Below are positions 28,628-40,190 of a DNA stretch of 64,000 bases, piece by piece; positions within the stretch are counted from its first letter, which is position 1; each line of letters opens with the position of its first letter. Origin of the DNA: an uncultured Lentisphaerales bacterium (GTDB lineage: Bacteria; Verrucomicrobiota; Lentisphaeria; JABSQK01; UBA12247). A program made the position numbers and the translations under genes. The notes beneath the pieces were generated by a model, which did no database searches, was not told where the DNA came from, and saw only the letters and a program-made list of their open reading frames with translations. The stretch is taken from NCBI GenBank assembly GCA_943788985.1, contig CALSSJ010000017.1, positions 32,001 through 96,000 on the forward strand, given 5' to 3'.

Positions 28628-29436
28628 CAGCGCAGGCCCATGAAGTGATGCATTTGCGGGATGATGCGAACATCGCTGAGCCGCTCGCGGACCAACTCCC
28701 GCCAACGCTGGAGGTCTGCCATCTCGGGTACATCCTTCGCGCCGCTAATCGCGGTCATAGGCTGCAACACGAACGGGATGTCGGGTGCGAACTCCGCAAC
28801 CAGATTGCGAGCTTCGCAGATGTCGGCATCGGTGGTCGTGTTGTTGACCACGACCTTGATGGTGAGCGAGGCTGTTCCCTCAAGCGCCTTGGCGAGGAAG
28901 TCGCGATGCAGGCGCCAGCGCGGACGTTGGCCGGCGCTACTGGGCAGCTTGAGGTCCATGGCAATGATGTCTATCCACGGCTGAACGACGGCGAGTGCGC
29001 CGACTAAATCACCGGAGGTCTCGAGATAGATGCGCTGCCCGCCCTCGCGAATGAGCGGTAAGAGTCGCGTCAGAAACTGAGCCTGGATCAACGGCTCACC
29101 ACCGGTGATGGCCACTGCGTCATGGGGCCCGTGCTCGACTTCGGCTTTCTGAATCAGGGTATAGAGTTGCTCGGCGCTACAGGGGTTCTCGATCCGCTCG
29201 TCTGCCTCGAGAAAGCGAAACGACGGCGGCCGGAACTTGGGTGGCTGTAGGCCGGTGACGGTTTCTGGCGTGTCGCAAAAGCGGCACTGCAGGTGACAGC
29301 CATACAACCGGACAAAGAGATGGGCCTTGCCAAGCTCCGTGCCTTCGCCCTGGATCGAGCTGAAGATTTCGCTGACGTGGACCGAGGCCTGTTTCGCGGC
29401 CTTGGCGCTCTCAACAAGTGGTGCAGTGGCAGGCAT
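28627..29436 (-). CDS. queE: 7-carboxy-7-deazaguanine synthase (radical SAM)
   Basis: EIFSSIQGEG, FVRLYGCHLQCRFCDT, TGGEPL, ETSG, PQMH. Confidence 0.93.
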   Translation of the reverse strand: MPATAPLVESAKAAKQASVHVSEIFSSIQGEGTELGKAHLFVRLYGCHLQCRFCDTPETVTGLQPPKFRPPSFRFLEADERIENPCSAEQLYTLIQKAEVEHGPHDAVAITGGEPLIQAQFLTRLLPLIREGGQRIYLETSGDLVGALAVVQPWIDIIAMDLKLPSSAGQRPRWRLHRDFLAKALEGTASLTIKVVVNNTTTDADICEARNLVAEFAPDIPFVLQPMTAISGAKDVPEMADLQRWRELVRERLSDVRIIPQMHHFMGLR

Positions 29437-30524
29437 TAGGCTGTAGCCTTCTTGCCGAGGATAATTCGTGCAGCAATCGTCTCAAGCATGACGCGCCGCG
29501 GGAGTGAGGAGGAGACTGCCAAGCGGTCGGCTCGGGCCAGCAGGGAAATTGCTGTGGTGATCTCGCTGCCCTTGTACTTGCGCGCTGCCTCGCAGACCAT
29601 GCGTAGCTTGAAGTCGGTCATCGCCAGAGCGGGACTGTGGCGAAAGCGTTGGCGTTGCTCCGCGGTCAACGCCTCAAGTCGGACACTGGAGCTATTCAGC
29701 TCATGGGCGAGGACTTTGACGGCGAGCATCTCACGAAAGTATTTGCAGACCATCCGCAGTTGGCCGATGACGGCGCTCTCGGGATCCTTGGTATGCCCGA
29801 GCACCTGCGCCATAGACTGGTAGGCCAGGTTGAGGTCGCGCTTGCCAAAGCCATCGGTAAGCGCGTAGAAGACGGCATCGCGATTTCCCACACAAACGTC
29901 GCGAATCTGGGCCAAGGATGGCTGATTGCCTGCGTAGCAAAAGATCTTCTCGCATTCATTGGGGATGCGCGCGGTATCCACACCGATCACCTCAGTGAGG
30001 TACTCGACGGCACCACGGGGAAGTGTGATCGCGCGCTCGGCAGCTGCAGAGCGCAGCAGTTCGGCGACACCATTGCGCCAGTTTCGGTTATTGAGCTCTG
30101 GCTTGGTCAGAAACTCCGGTTTTGCGATCTTCGCCAGGGTCTTGTAGACGCGGCGATTCTTCTGCAGACCAGCGCCGCTGATCACCAGGTGAATCTCTTC
30201 GGGCAGTCCGCTGGTGATTGCTTCCAGCAACTCGCCAACAGCGAGCGCGATGGGCGCTTTGTTGCGGATGTCGGTCTGCGTCCCTTCGTTAGCAAAGGGA
30301 AAATCTCGGAGCCAGACGGTCTTTTCGCCCCCGAACATGGACGGCGTCAGGATGCCGCCGATGGCCTCCCGGATTGCGTCAAGGAGCGTGGTTTCGTCGG
30401 ACTCACGATGCGTCTCTAGCGAGAACTCATCTGGCTGCGGGCCGGTGAGTTTATCGACCACGGCGCGTGCGCGCTCCGCAATGCGCGGTTCGTCATTGCC
30501 GGATATAAGAAGAACTTGGCCCAT
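29436..30524 (-). CDS. holA: DNA polymerase III delta subunit
   Basis: LLISGNDE start, TPSMFGG.K.V, IG.D...I.NE.EK...Y pattern; ~360 aa. Confidence 0.8.
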   Translation of the reverse strand: MGQVLLISGNDEPRIAERARAVVDKLTGPQPDEFSLETHRESDETTLLDAIREAIGGILTPSMFGGEKTVWLRDFPFANEGTQTDIRNKAPIALAVGELLEAITSGLPEEIHLVISGAGLQKNRRVYKTLAKIAKPEFLTKPELNNRNWRNGVAELLRSAAAERAITLPRGAVEYLTEVIGVDTARIPNECEKIFCYAGNQPSLAQIRDVCVGNRDAVFYALTDGFGKRDLNLAYQSMAQVLGHTKDPESAVIGQLRMVCKYFREMLAVKVLAHELNSSSVRLEALTAEQRQRFRHSPALAMTDFKLRMVCEAARKYKGSEITTAISLLARADRLAVSSSLPRRVMLETIAARIILGKKATA

Positions 30525-30534
30525 GTGAGTGGGC

Positions 30535-31533
30535 TCAGGCGCCGCGCCACTGCTCGGCAACTGCGGCGAGTTCCGGATGCTCCATATACCAATTGCAGAA
30601 CTCCGGAATCCCCTTGGAGATCGGTGTCGTGGGCTTGAAGCCCAGCTTCTTGCCTGCCAGCTCGACATCTGCAAACGAAGCAGGTACATCGCCTGGCTGC
30701 ATTGGCAGCAGGTTCAGCTCGGCTTCCTTGCCTACAGCGGTCTCGATCAGGCCAATCATGTCCATCAGCAGTTCGCTGCGGTGGTTGCCGAGATTGAAGA
30801 CCTCGTATGGGTTCAGGCCATCCTGGAACAGCGATCCGCAGACACCAGCGATGATGTCGGCAACATAGGTAAAATCACGCTTCATCTTGCCGTGGTTGAA
30901 TACCGGAATCGGGCGACCGCGCAGAATCTTCTCGGTAAAAATCCACAGGGCCATATCGGGGCGTCCCCAGCGGCCATAGACGGTAAAGAAGCGCAGGCCG
31001 ACGGTCTGCAGGCCGTAGAGATGCGTGTAGCAGTGGGCCATCAACTCGTTCGCCTTCTTGGTCGCGGCGTAGAGGCTCACGGGCGAGTCCACCGAGTCAG
31101 ACTCGGAAAAAGGCAGCTTGGTATTGCCGCCGTAGACGCTGGAGCTAGACGCGTAGACGAGACGCTCGGTGTCGTTATGGCGGCAACATTCCAGGATGTT
31201 TAGAAAGCCTTCAAGATTGGCCTTTTGATAGACAAAGGGCTTCTCGATGCTGTAACGCACACCAGCCTGCGCTGCGAGATTGCAGACATGGGACGGCTTG
31301 TGTTCTGCGAAGACCGCAGAAAGCGTCTCATAGTCGCAGAGGTTCGCTTCAACGGGGACAAAGGCGTCTCCGTGCCGGCCCAGGCGCGAAAGCCGAGCGC
31401 GTTTGATCGCGACAGGATAATAGTCGCAGACAATGTCGACGCCGATGACACGGTGGCCTTCGGCGATCAACTGCTCAGCGAGGTGGTAGCCAATAAATCC
31501 GGCGGTACCGGTGACCAGAATAGTCTTGTTCAT
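30535..31533 (-). CDS. NAD-dependent epimerase (UDP-glucuronate 4-epimerase family)
   Basis: GTAGFIG, LAAQAGVRYS, ASSSSVYG, YAATKKANE, LRFFTVYG.WGRPDMA, QPGDV. Confidence 0.93.
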   Translation of the reverse strand: MNKTILVTGTAGFIGYHLAEQLIAEGHRVIGVDIVCDYYPVAIKRARLSRLGRHGDAFVPVEANLCDYETLSAVFAEHKPSHVCNLAAQAGVRYSIEKPFVYQKANLEGFLNILECCRHNDTERLVYASSSSVYGGNTKLPFSESDSVDSPVSLYAATKKANELMAHCYTHLYGLQTVGLRFFTVYGRWGRPDMALWIFTEKILRGRPIPVFNHGKMKRDFTYVADIIAGVCGSLFQDGLNPYEVFNLGNHRSELLMDMIGLIETAVGKEAELNLLPMQPGDVPASFADVELAGKKLGFKPTTPISKGIPEFCNWYMEHPELAAVAEQWRGA

Positions 31534-31562
31534 GGGGGGCTCCAACGAGGAATGGCCTGAAA

Positions 31563-32888
31563 TCAGGCGCGTACAAGGTTTTGAATGGATTCGGAGCAAG
31601 CTCCGCGCGCGTCAACCATCACGCCGACGTACTGCGCAAGCTCGTCATGGTCGACGTTATCATGGGCGGTGGCGATGATTGCCACATCGTAGTTGGCGGT
31701 CTTGATCTCTTCAAGCGTCTTGCTGCAAATTCCAGCGAAATGACCGTGCTCGCGGGTTGAGGCCACTTCGGGGCAGAAGGGATCGTAGTAGTCGATCAGG
31801 CCACCGCGGGACTCAAGCTCATTCCACAGCGTGAAGGTCGGGCTCTCGCGCACGTCGTCCACGTTCTTCTTGTAGGCCAAGCCGATCAACAACACTTTCG
31901 CCCCTTTTAGAGCCTTGCCTTGATCGTTCAGCCCTTCCATCGTGCGCTGGACCACGTACTGCGGCATGGAGGTATTGATCTCACCGGCCAACTCGATGAA
32001 CTTAGTGGAAATGCCAAACTCTTTGGCCTTCCAGGTCAGATAAAACGGATCGATCGGAATGCAGTGACCGCCTAAGCCGGGACCGGGGTAGAAGGGCATG
32101 TAACCGAATGGTTTGGTCGACGCCGCCCGGATCACTTCCCAGATGTTAATGTCCATCTCATGGAAAACTACCTTTAACTCGTTAACCAAGGCGATGTTTA
32201 CGCAGCGGAAGATGTTCTCCATCAGCTTGGTCGCCTCTGCCGCCCGACAGGAAGACACGGGGATGGTCTCGCAGATGATCGTATCGTAGAGCGCGCGCGC
32301 TGCTTCGAGTGCGTCAGGCGTTAGACCGCCGACTACCTTAGGAATTGTAGAGGTCTTAAACTTTGCGTTATTTGGGTCTTCCCGTTCTGGCGAGTAGGCC
32401 ACGAGGAAGTCCTTGGTAGCGCAAAGCCCAGAGATGTCTTCCAGCGTCGGTGCCAGGATCTCGTCCGTGGTGCCGGGATAGGTGGTAGACTCGAGCGTGA
32501 TGAGCTGCCCCTTGCGCAGGTGTGGGCCGATCGCTTCGGCCGTTTTCACCACGTAGGAAAGATCCGGGTCGCGATATTCGGTCAACGGTGTCGGCACACA
32601 GATGAGTACGGCATCGCAATCGGCAACCTTGGAAAAATCTGATGTGGCAAACACCTTGGGTTGATTCGCGATGTGCTCGCGGACCTCATCCCCGTCAATA
32701 TGCCGGATATAGGACTCCCCGGCGGTTAGCGCATCAATCTTGCGCTGGTCGATATCTAGTCCAATCACTGGAAATCCGGCTCGCGAAAATTCTAGGACAA
32801 TCGGTAGTCCCACATAGCCAAGGCCAACCACGCCAATCGTGGCTTCGCGATTCTCGATTTTGCGTATCAGCTCGTTCTTCATAGTCAT
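31563..32888 (-). CDS. UDP-N-acetylhexosamine (nucleotide-sugar) dehydrogenase, WecC/WbpA family
   Basis: GLGYVG, CVPTP, LESTTYPGTT, SPEREDP, PGPGLGGHCIPIDP, AYKKNVDDVRESP. Confidence 0.94.
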   Translation of the reverse strand: MTMKNELIRKIENREATIGVVGLGYVGLPIVLEFSRAGFPVIGLDIDQRKIDALTAGESYIRHIDGDEVREHIANQPKVFATSDFSKVADCDAVLICVPTPLTEYRDPDLSYVVKTAEAIGPHLRKGQLITLESTTYPGTTDEILAPTLEDISGLCATKDFLVAYSPEREDPNNAKFKTSTIPKVVGGLTPDALEAARALYDTIICETIPVSSCRAAEATKLMENIFRCVNIALVNELKVVFHEMDINIWEVIRAASTKPFGYMPFYPGPGLGGHCIPIDPFYLTWKAKEFGISTKFIELAGEINTSMPQYVVQRTMEGLNDQGKALKGAKVLLIGLAYKKNVDDVRESPTFTLWNELESRGGLIDYYDPFCPEVASTREHGHFAGICSKTLEEIKTANYDVAIIATAHDNVDHDELAQYVGVMVDARGACSESIQNLVRA

Positions 32889-33116
32889 CCGTCACGTGAT
32901 ATGATCCAAAGTGGAGATAATACAGATACTTCAACGAGCGACAATGTCGACGGTAACTGAGCGCTCTCGCAGAAATCTTCCGCTTCCCGCCGTCAACGCG
33001 GATCGGTCGGCCGTTCAGAAGCAGCGTTAGATTCCGGCGAGCGACCGTTATCTAAAGGGTGGGTTTGGGCTGCCCGTGATCGCAAATCCTATCGGTCCAG
33101 CTATGGAATTGGCTCT

Positions 33117-33325
33117 GCCCACAGTACCACCTCGGCACAGGCCATCTGCACGACCGATCTGCTGGCCACTTGGGCCGAGACTACCGGCCAAGCTCTGCCG
33201 GACAGCGCTGGCGAGGACAGCGTCAGCTTTCGGCCCGCGCTCCGCGAGGTTCCGATCCCTAATCTCAAGAACCGCCTGATCGTGCATCACTCCGACCGCG
33301 GCGCATTTGCCGTACGCAGAGGCCA
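33117..33325 (+). pseudogene. Internal fragment of a sulfatase gene
   Basis: Manual translation: QAICTTDLLATWAETTGQALPDSAGEDSVSFRPAL...IVHHSDRGAFAVRRG, typical sulfatase C-terminal part; no start or active site. Confidence 0.65.
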
Positions 33326-33613
33326 TAGAGCCAGCGGGCAGCATGAGGGTAGGCCGTTCGGGCGTCATCTGGTCATGGCGTCGTCGGGAGTCATGGCGTC
33401 ATCCAGTCACCAAGTCCTATTCATCACGCCCAAGGCGTGAGCCTGGCGCAAAGGGGCACCCCCAACGACGATGTGCTTGGGGGCCCCTCTCCGTAGGGCG
33501 CAACTCAGCTGTGAGGCGAGATCCCCAAAAAGCACGGCGCTGGGTTGAAAAGTACCCATTCGCAGACGACCTTTCCAGCCACGCTTTCTCCCCCCACCTA
33601 GCCTGAATCGTTC

Positions 33614-34810
33614 ATGGAATTCTTAGCCAATGCCTGGAAAGTCTGCTGTGAGCTGGCCCCATGGCTATTCGTCGGGCTGGGCGCAGCTGGCTTGCTGCAT
33701 CGATTCGTGCCCGCAGACCTGCCCCAACGAGCACTCGGGAAGCCAGGCTTGGGCAGCATTCTGCGCGCGGTGCTGGTGGGTGTCCCGCTTCCGCTCTGCT
33801 CATGCGCGGTCATCCCGGCTGCCGGAGCTCTGCGTAAGAAAGGCGCTTCCAGAGGTGCCTCGCTCGCGTTCTTGATCAGCACGCCCCAGACCGGTGTGGA
33901 TTCGATCGCCGTGACAGCATCCATGTTAAGCTGGCCGTTTGCCTTATTCAAAGTCGTGGTTGCCCTGGTCACCGGCGTGGTCGGGGGCGTGCTGACTGAC
34001 GGCCTGCATGGCGACGGCGCAGAGACTGAAGGAGAAGCCAAAGCTCGTGCCGCAGTTGCAGACGAGCCCGTCCTCTCCTTCGTCGATTCGTTGTTGTACA
34101 CGATCTGGCGCTGGCTGGCAATCGGCATCTTCGTCGCGGCAGCGATCAGCACCTGGCTACCACCGGACCTGTTCGGCTCTTGGGGCCTGACTGGACCGGC
34201 TGCGATGTTCGCAGCGCTGGCCATTTCCGTGCCGCTTTATGTCTGCGCCACGAGCTCGGTACCAATCGCGGCAGCGCTGGTCGCCTCCGGCTTGCCCGTG
34301 GGAGCCGCCATCGTCTTTCTCATGGCTGGCCCGGCGACCAACGTGGCCACGATCGGCGCCGTCTACCGCTTGCTGGGCGGACGAGCCTTGGGCGTCTATC
34401 TCACCACCGTGTGCGGCTTCAGCATGTTGGCTGGCTGGCTGTTCGACGGCTTGTTCGAGCCTGCTGGCGGCCTCACGCCAGACGCCCATCACCATACCAG
34501 CGCACTTGCGATGTTCGCAGCGGCGCTTCTCTTGGCCTTGTTCGCCCGCTATCTCGTGCGCGACCTGCGGTATGCATTTGCTCCGACACTAACAGGCGGG
34601 CTGTCCATCGTTGTCGACGGCATCACCTGCAAAGGCTGCGTCGCCAAAATTCAGCGGACTCTCGCCGCAGCGCCGGGGGTCGACACCGTGCAGGTCAGCA
34701 TCGAGACTGATACCGTGACTGTCACTGGCTCAGATCCGGATGCACCACGCATCTGCTCGTTGCTGGCCGACGCCGGGTTTCCCCCACGCGAGGCTGCCCG
34801 CCCGGCTTGA
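33614..34810 (+). CDS. Permease (SO_0444/ArsP-like metal efflux family) with C-terminal HMA domain
   Basis: GVPLPLCSC, FLISTPQTGVDS, PLYVCATSSVP, FLMAGPATN; GITCKGC metal-binding loop. Confidence 0.88.
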   Translation: MEFLANAWKVCCELAPWLFVGLGAAGLLHRFVPADLPQRALGKPGLGSILRAVLVGVPLPLCSCAVIPAAGALRKKGASRGASLAFLISTPQTGVDSIAVTASMLSWPFALFKVVVALVTGVVGGVLTDGLHGDGAETEGEAKARAAVADEPVLSFVDSLLYTIWRWLAIGIFVAAAISTWLPPDLFGSWGLTGPAAMFAALAISVPLYVCATSSVPIAAALVASGLPVGAAIVFLMAGPATNVATIGAVYRLLGGRALGVYLTTVCGFSMLAGWLFDGLFEPAGGLTPDAHHHTSALAMFAAALLLALFARYLVRDLRYAFAPTLTGGLSIVVDGITCKGCVAKIQRTLAAAPGVDTVQVSIETDTVTVTGSDPDAPRICSLLADAGFPPREAARPA

Positions 34811-34861
34811 CGTGGTGCGCCCAACCCGCAAAGTGTAGGCAACAGCACCGCAACCCATCGG

Positions 34862-37595
34862 ATGCACATGGACCTCTCCCGCTTTTACACCAGCACCTAT
34901 GGCTACAACGAGCCAGATAAGCCTCGCTCTGCAGACCTACTGGCCGAGTCGCTTACTGTCTGTCGAGCCGCCTGGCCTAAGGACAGTCGCTATCGCATAG
35001 ACGAGGCCATCGCCGCCGGCGGTATGGGCGCCATCCTCAAGGCCTGGGACCACGATGCCCAGCGCTACGTGGCCATGAAAGTGATGCTCCGCGATGATCT
35101 CGAGAGCTCTGCCTCCCAAGCATTTCTGCACGAGGCCCACATCGTGGCCTCGCTCGAGCACCCAAACATCGTCCCCGTACACGAAGTCGGCGCTACCGCC
35201 TTTGGCGATCCCTATTTCACCATGAAATGGGTCCAGGGTGACAGCCTGGCAGACATCCTCCTGAAGCAGCAACGCGGCGATGCGACATATCTGGCCGACT
35301 ATCCGATCGCATCCTTGCTCGATATCCTGATCAAAATCGCCGACGCCATCGACTTCGCGCATTCCCGTGGTGTTTGGCACCTGGACTTGAAGCCGCATAA
35401 CATCTTGATTGGTCAGTTTGGCGAAGCCATCGTGCTCGATTGGGGCCTGGCCAAGTTGTCTGACGAGTTGGGTCCCGACCTCCCCCTGCTGGAGGCAGCC
35501 CCTCTTCCGGCCACTGCAACCTTGCTCCTCTCCCAAGGCATCGTTCGCGGCACCCCTGGCTTCATGGCCCCTGAGCAGGCGAGCGCTGACGTGGCTCAGA
35601 TCGATCATCGCTCGGACATCTTCGCTCTCGGCTCCATTCTTTACACCATGGTCACGCACAAGCATCTCATCGCCGGGGGATTCGTCCCAGGAGATGATCC
35701 AGTACACCATCAACGGCCAATTCGTACCGCCTGGCCGGCGCGTACGGCGAGACATCCCCAAGAGCCTCGAAGCCATCGTGATGAAGTGCGTCGCCCTGGA
35801 CCCGGTAGCCCGCTACGAATCAGTCGGCCAGATGATTGACGACCTCCAGGCCTATACCCACGGCCAGGTGACCAGCGCTGAAGCGGCGAACCCGCTGACC
35901 CACATGCGGCTGTTCGCTCAGCGGTTTCGCACCGAGATTCGCCTGATCTCGTTCAGCGCCCTCATCATCCTGGGCTTGGCCGTAGTCTTCGGCGTATCTT
36001 GGTACTCTGAGCACCTCAGCGCCGAGCAACTCGCGACTGGCGCACGCTCCCAAGACCGAGCCCTGGCAAACGCCGTAAACGACGCCCTCGCCCAGCGCCA
36101 ACGCTCCCGCCTGCTGCAACAGGAGCGAAACCAGGCGCAGACCGATGCGCAGTTCGCACGCTATCTCTTGGAGCTTTCGAGCGCAGCCACCGCCCTCCGC
36201 GCCTCACGCCTCGACCAAGTAGACAGGCACCTGCGCGCCTGCCCCAAGGCCCACCGCCACTGGGAGTGGCACTACTTACAGGCCCAGACTCCAGGCGTTG
36301 CAAAGTCCGCAAAGTTTGATCCACCATTTCGGAAGCTGCGGGTCGGGGAGCGGCTGCTAGTTGGCGCCGCCGAGCGCACCATTCGCGCGATCGACGCCGA
36401 GAGCTTAGAGACCACGGCCTCCATGACAGAACCCGCCGCAATTAACGATCACTGCCTGACCGGCCATGACCGCTATGTCGTCACCGCCTCTGAAGATGGA
36501 AACGTCAGAATTTGGGACCTGGAAACGCGCAAGCAGTCGCGGCTGTTGGTGGGGCATCGAGCGCCAGTCACAGCAGTCGCTGCAGACTCCCGCCTGATTG
36601 CCTCCGGCGATGCGGCCGGAACCTTGATTCTATGGAATGCCCGCAGCGGTCGAATCGTCACTCGGCGCTCCATGCATGATCGGCCGATCGCCAATCTACG
36701 GCTGCTGGCAGATCAAGTCGTGTCCGCAGATGAGGCCGGAGAAGTGGCGGTTCTGCCACTGCGCCAAGGCCAAGTGACCCGGTTCCCCGCAGCCCTCGCT
36801 ATCTCCGACAAGCGCACGGCACGTGACGCAGACGTCATTCTCCAAGCTGGCAGCAAGCTGGTGGCCCTGGGATCGGGAGCGCCGCGCCGCACGCCTACTC
36901 GTGCCGAAGAGTTCGGGGTTTGCCACGCTGGACGACGGCCGCTACCTGGTCGCAACAGGGCAAACACTCGGCATCCAAGAACAGGACAGCTTCGTGACCC
37001 TTCGTCGTACCAGCTCACCTGTAGTTGACGTGGCCTGGGCAGACGCGATTCTGGTGGCTTCTGCCGACGGACTGCTCACTAAATTGCAACATCCTCGCGT
37101 CCCTTCCGCCACGTCGACCATCCCCCTGCCCGCCTCCATCAGCCAAATCACCGTGACCGAATCCGGTCTCATTCTCGATGATGGCACCGAGGCCTGGATG
37201 CTGACGGCCCCAGACCTCGAGCTGGCACCGACGGCGCTACCCGTTCCCCAGTCGGACTGGACCTTTCAGATGGGCTCGGATCAGACCATTCGTTGTGCCC
37301 CGAGCGGAGCCATTACACTGACAAACGGCGACAGGCAGCTCGCGGCCGATACCCACGCCCAGCCGCTTGTCGGGGCAGTGCTCACTCCCGATAGCCGTCG
37401 CCTGATTACTGCGGACTCCGCAGGGCCCACGTACGCATCTGGACGCAGGCACTGGTTCCACTCCTTGAGTTCCAGCCTAAGACCGCGCTGACTGCGGCCA
37501 GTTATTGGCCAGCGGCACATGCCATAGTCCTCGCTGGCAGCGAGGGCGACCAGCCCACGCTCTGGATCATCCAACCACAGTCGCTCAGCTATTGA
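34862..37595 (+). CDS. Ser/Thr protein kinase - TM - WD40 repeat protein (three apparent frameshifts)
   Basis: GGMG, VAMK, LEHPNIVPVH, HLDLKPHN, DWGLA, GTPGFMAPEQ; WEW.YL; TASEDGNVRIWD; frame changes near 35675, 36870 and 37425. Confidence 0.82.
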
Positions 37596-37680
37596 TCACC
37601 GGGGGCAGCAAACTCACTTCGCCAAGCGCTCGCCGTTTTGTACTGTATGCGGATTAAGTCAAACTCGAGGAGGATTCAGC

Positions 37681-38455
37681 ATGGCGGATGAGCGCGTAGC
37701 ATTGGTCACAGGTGGCAGCCGGGGTATCGGCTTTGGCATAGCCCAATCGTTGGCCGCCGAGGGCTTTCAGCTGGTGATTTGTGGAGTTCGCAACGAGGAC
37801 GCCGTGCAACAGCCACTCGCCGCCCTGCGCGAGCAGACCGAAGTCGCCTATTTCTCCGCAGATGTAAGCATCGCTGCTGACCGACAGCGGTTACGGGATG
37901 GAATTCAGGCCAAGTTTGGTGCCCTGCATGTGCTGGTGAACAACGCTGGCGTGGCGCCCAAAGTGCGCGCCGACATTCTTGATGCCAGCGAAGACAGCTA
38001 CGACTGGGTCATGGACGTCAATCTCAAAGGGCCATACTTCCTGACCCAACTGATGGCAAACTGGATGATCGCGCAGCGCAAGGCAGCTGCGGACTTCGCA
38101 GGCTGCATCGTCAACGTCTCCTCCATTTCCTCCACCGTGGCCTCGCCAAGTCGTGGCGAGTACTGCCTGTCCAAGGCGGGCATGTCCATGGCCACACTGC
38201 TCTGGGCCACCCGCTTGGGTGAGTACGACATCCCCGTGTACGAAGTGCGCCCGGGCATCACCGAGACCGATATGACCGCGGGCGTGAAAGAGAAATATGA
38301 CACGCTCATCGCGGACGGACTTCTTCTCCAGCAACGATGGGGCCCAGCCAGCGGACACCGGTAAAGTGGTCGCGATGATGGCCCGCGGTGATGTTGGCTA
38401 TTCAACTGGACAGGTGATCACCGTTGATGGTGGCCTCCTCGTCCCCCGCCTGTAA
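37681..38455 (+). CDS. Short-chain dehydrogenase (3-ketoacyl-ACP reductase-like), one apparent frameshift
   Basis: [17 protein letters not shown]; removing one C near 38343 restores RWGQPADTGK...[12 protein letters not shown]. Confidence 0.88.
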
Positions 38456-38477
38456 ATCCAATCCTGAGCAGATCGCA

Positions 38478-40146
38478 ATGAAGTATGCCTCCATGCCCTC
38501 TGTGGCCCTTCCCGACCGCACATGGCCAGATCGCCCCATTACCACAGCTCCAGTCTGGTGCGCGGTTGATCTACGCGACGGCAACCAGGCTTTGCCCAAC
38601 CCCATGACTCCCACGCAGAAGCGCGAGTATTTTCAGCTTCTCTGCGCCATGGGCTTCAAGCAGATCGAAGTCGGCTTTCCCGCTGCATCACAGGATGATT
38701 TTCAGTTCTGTCGTGACTTGATCGAGCAGAACATGATCCCGGATGATGTCGTAATTTCAGTACTGACACAGGCACGGCCGGCGTTGATTAGCCGAACCAT
38801 GGAAGCGTTGGTGGGCGTCAAGAAAGGCATCGTGCACTTCTACATTGCCACCAGCCACCTGCACACGAAGTTCGTCTTCAATCAGACACTGGACCAAGTA
38901 CGCGAGACTGCGGTGCGCTCCACCGCGCAGATTCGTGCCGCCGGGCGAGCGATGGACAGCCAGATTGGCTTGGAATTCTCCCCCGAGGAATTCACCGATA
39001 CTGACCGCGACTTCGCGATCGAGATCTGCGACGCAGTCACCGAGGTCTGGGGCCCTGACGAAGGCGAAACCGTGGTTTTGAACCTGCCCGCGACAGTCGA
39101 GCGGCGCTTGCCCAACGAATACGCAGACTTGATCGAGCGGTTCTGCCGCTTGCGCAAGTACCCGGACCACACCTCAATCTCCCTGCACGTGCACAATGAC
39201 ATGGGCTGTGGCGTTGCCGCAACCATGCTGGGGCTGAAAGCTGGTGCCCATCGGGTCGAGGGCACCTTGTTCGGACACGGCGAGCGCACTGGCAACGTCG
39301 ACTTGGTCACGATCGTCCTGAACCTCGAGTACATGGGCGTAGACACCGGCATTGATATCAGCCAAGTCAGCGAGATTGCAGAACGCGTCGCGAGCCTCAC
39401 CGACATGCCCTTGCATGCCCGCCATCCGTATGCCGGTGAGTTGGTCTTCACCGCCTTCTCCGGCTCCCATCAGGATGCGATCCACAAAGGCCTGACCAAA
39501 CGCGATGCGCTCAGTGATCACTTCGATGGCTGGAAAGTTCCTTACTTGCACGTGGACCCCGCAGCCATGGGCCGCAAGTTTGAGAAATACATCCGCATCA
39601 ACAGCCAATCTGGCAAAGGCGGAATCGCCCACGTGCTAGAAGTGGACTATAGCATCACCTTGCCGCGCTGGCTGCAGGTGGACTTGGCTGGCCACGTCCA
39701 GAAGTTTGCCGACGAAACCAGCCGTGAGCTGACCAGCGCCGAGGTCTGGGATGTTTTTCAGCAGTCATACGTTAATCGTGAGGGGCGCCTGCAACTGGCC
39801 AATTACTGGCCGCGGCCCCGACGACGCTGACCCCAAGCAGATCAACGGCGAGGCACATGTGACCTTCGATGGCGTTGCCCATACCTTGCGCGAGACCGGC
39901 AATGGCCCGATCTCCGCGTTTGTGCACGCCCTCCGTCAGCTCCCCGGCCTGCCTACATTCAAGCTGGACGAGTACGAAGAAGAGACGCTGGGCGCATCGG
40001 CAGATGCCAAGGCCGCCTGCTTTATTCGGGTGATATGTGAAGACTCCGGGAAGACCGCCGTCGGGGTGGGAGTCGGGGTCGACAGCAACATCGACCAAGC
40101 AGCCGTCCGCGGAGTCGTCAGCGCCTTGAACGCGTTGCTAGCATAG
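38478..40146 (+). CDS. leuA: 2-isopropylmalate synthase (one apparent frameshift near 39816)
   Basis: VDLRDGNQAL, IEVGFP, FSPE.F, NLPATVE, SLHVHND, GERTGNVDL, AFSGSHQDAI, IRINSQSGKGG; GNGPISAF in the next frame. Confidence 0.93.
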
Positions 40147-40190
40147 CCCTGACCTTGGAAAACCGCGATCAGCAATAGGAGACGAACGCC

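Noticed and set aside
27944..29436. dpd-type 7-deazaguanine DNA modification system
   Set aside because: No dpdA/tgt-like or other dpd genes nearby; housekeeping context
33452..33488. GC-rich hairpin as ncRNA or terminator
   Set aside because: Single imperfect stem, no U-tract, no recognisable RNA family
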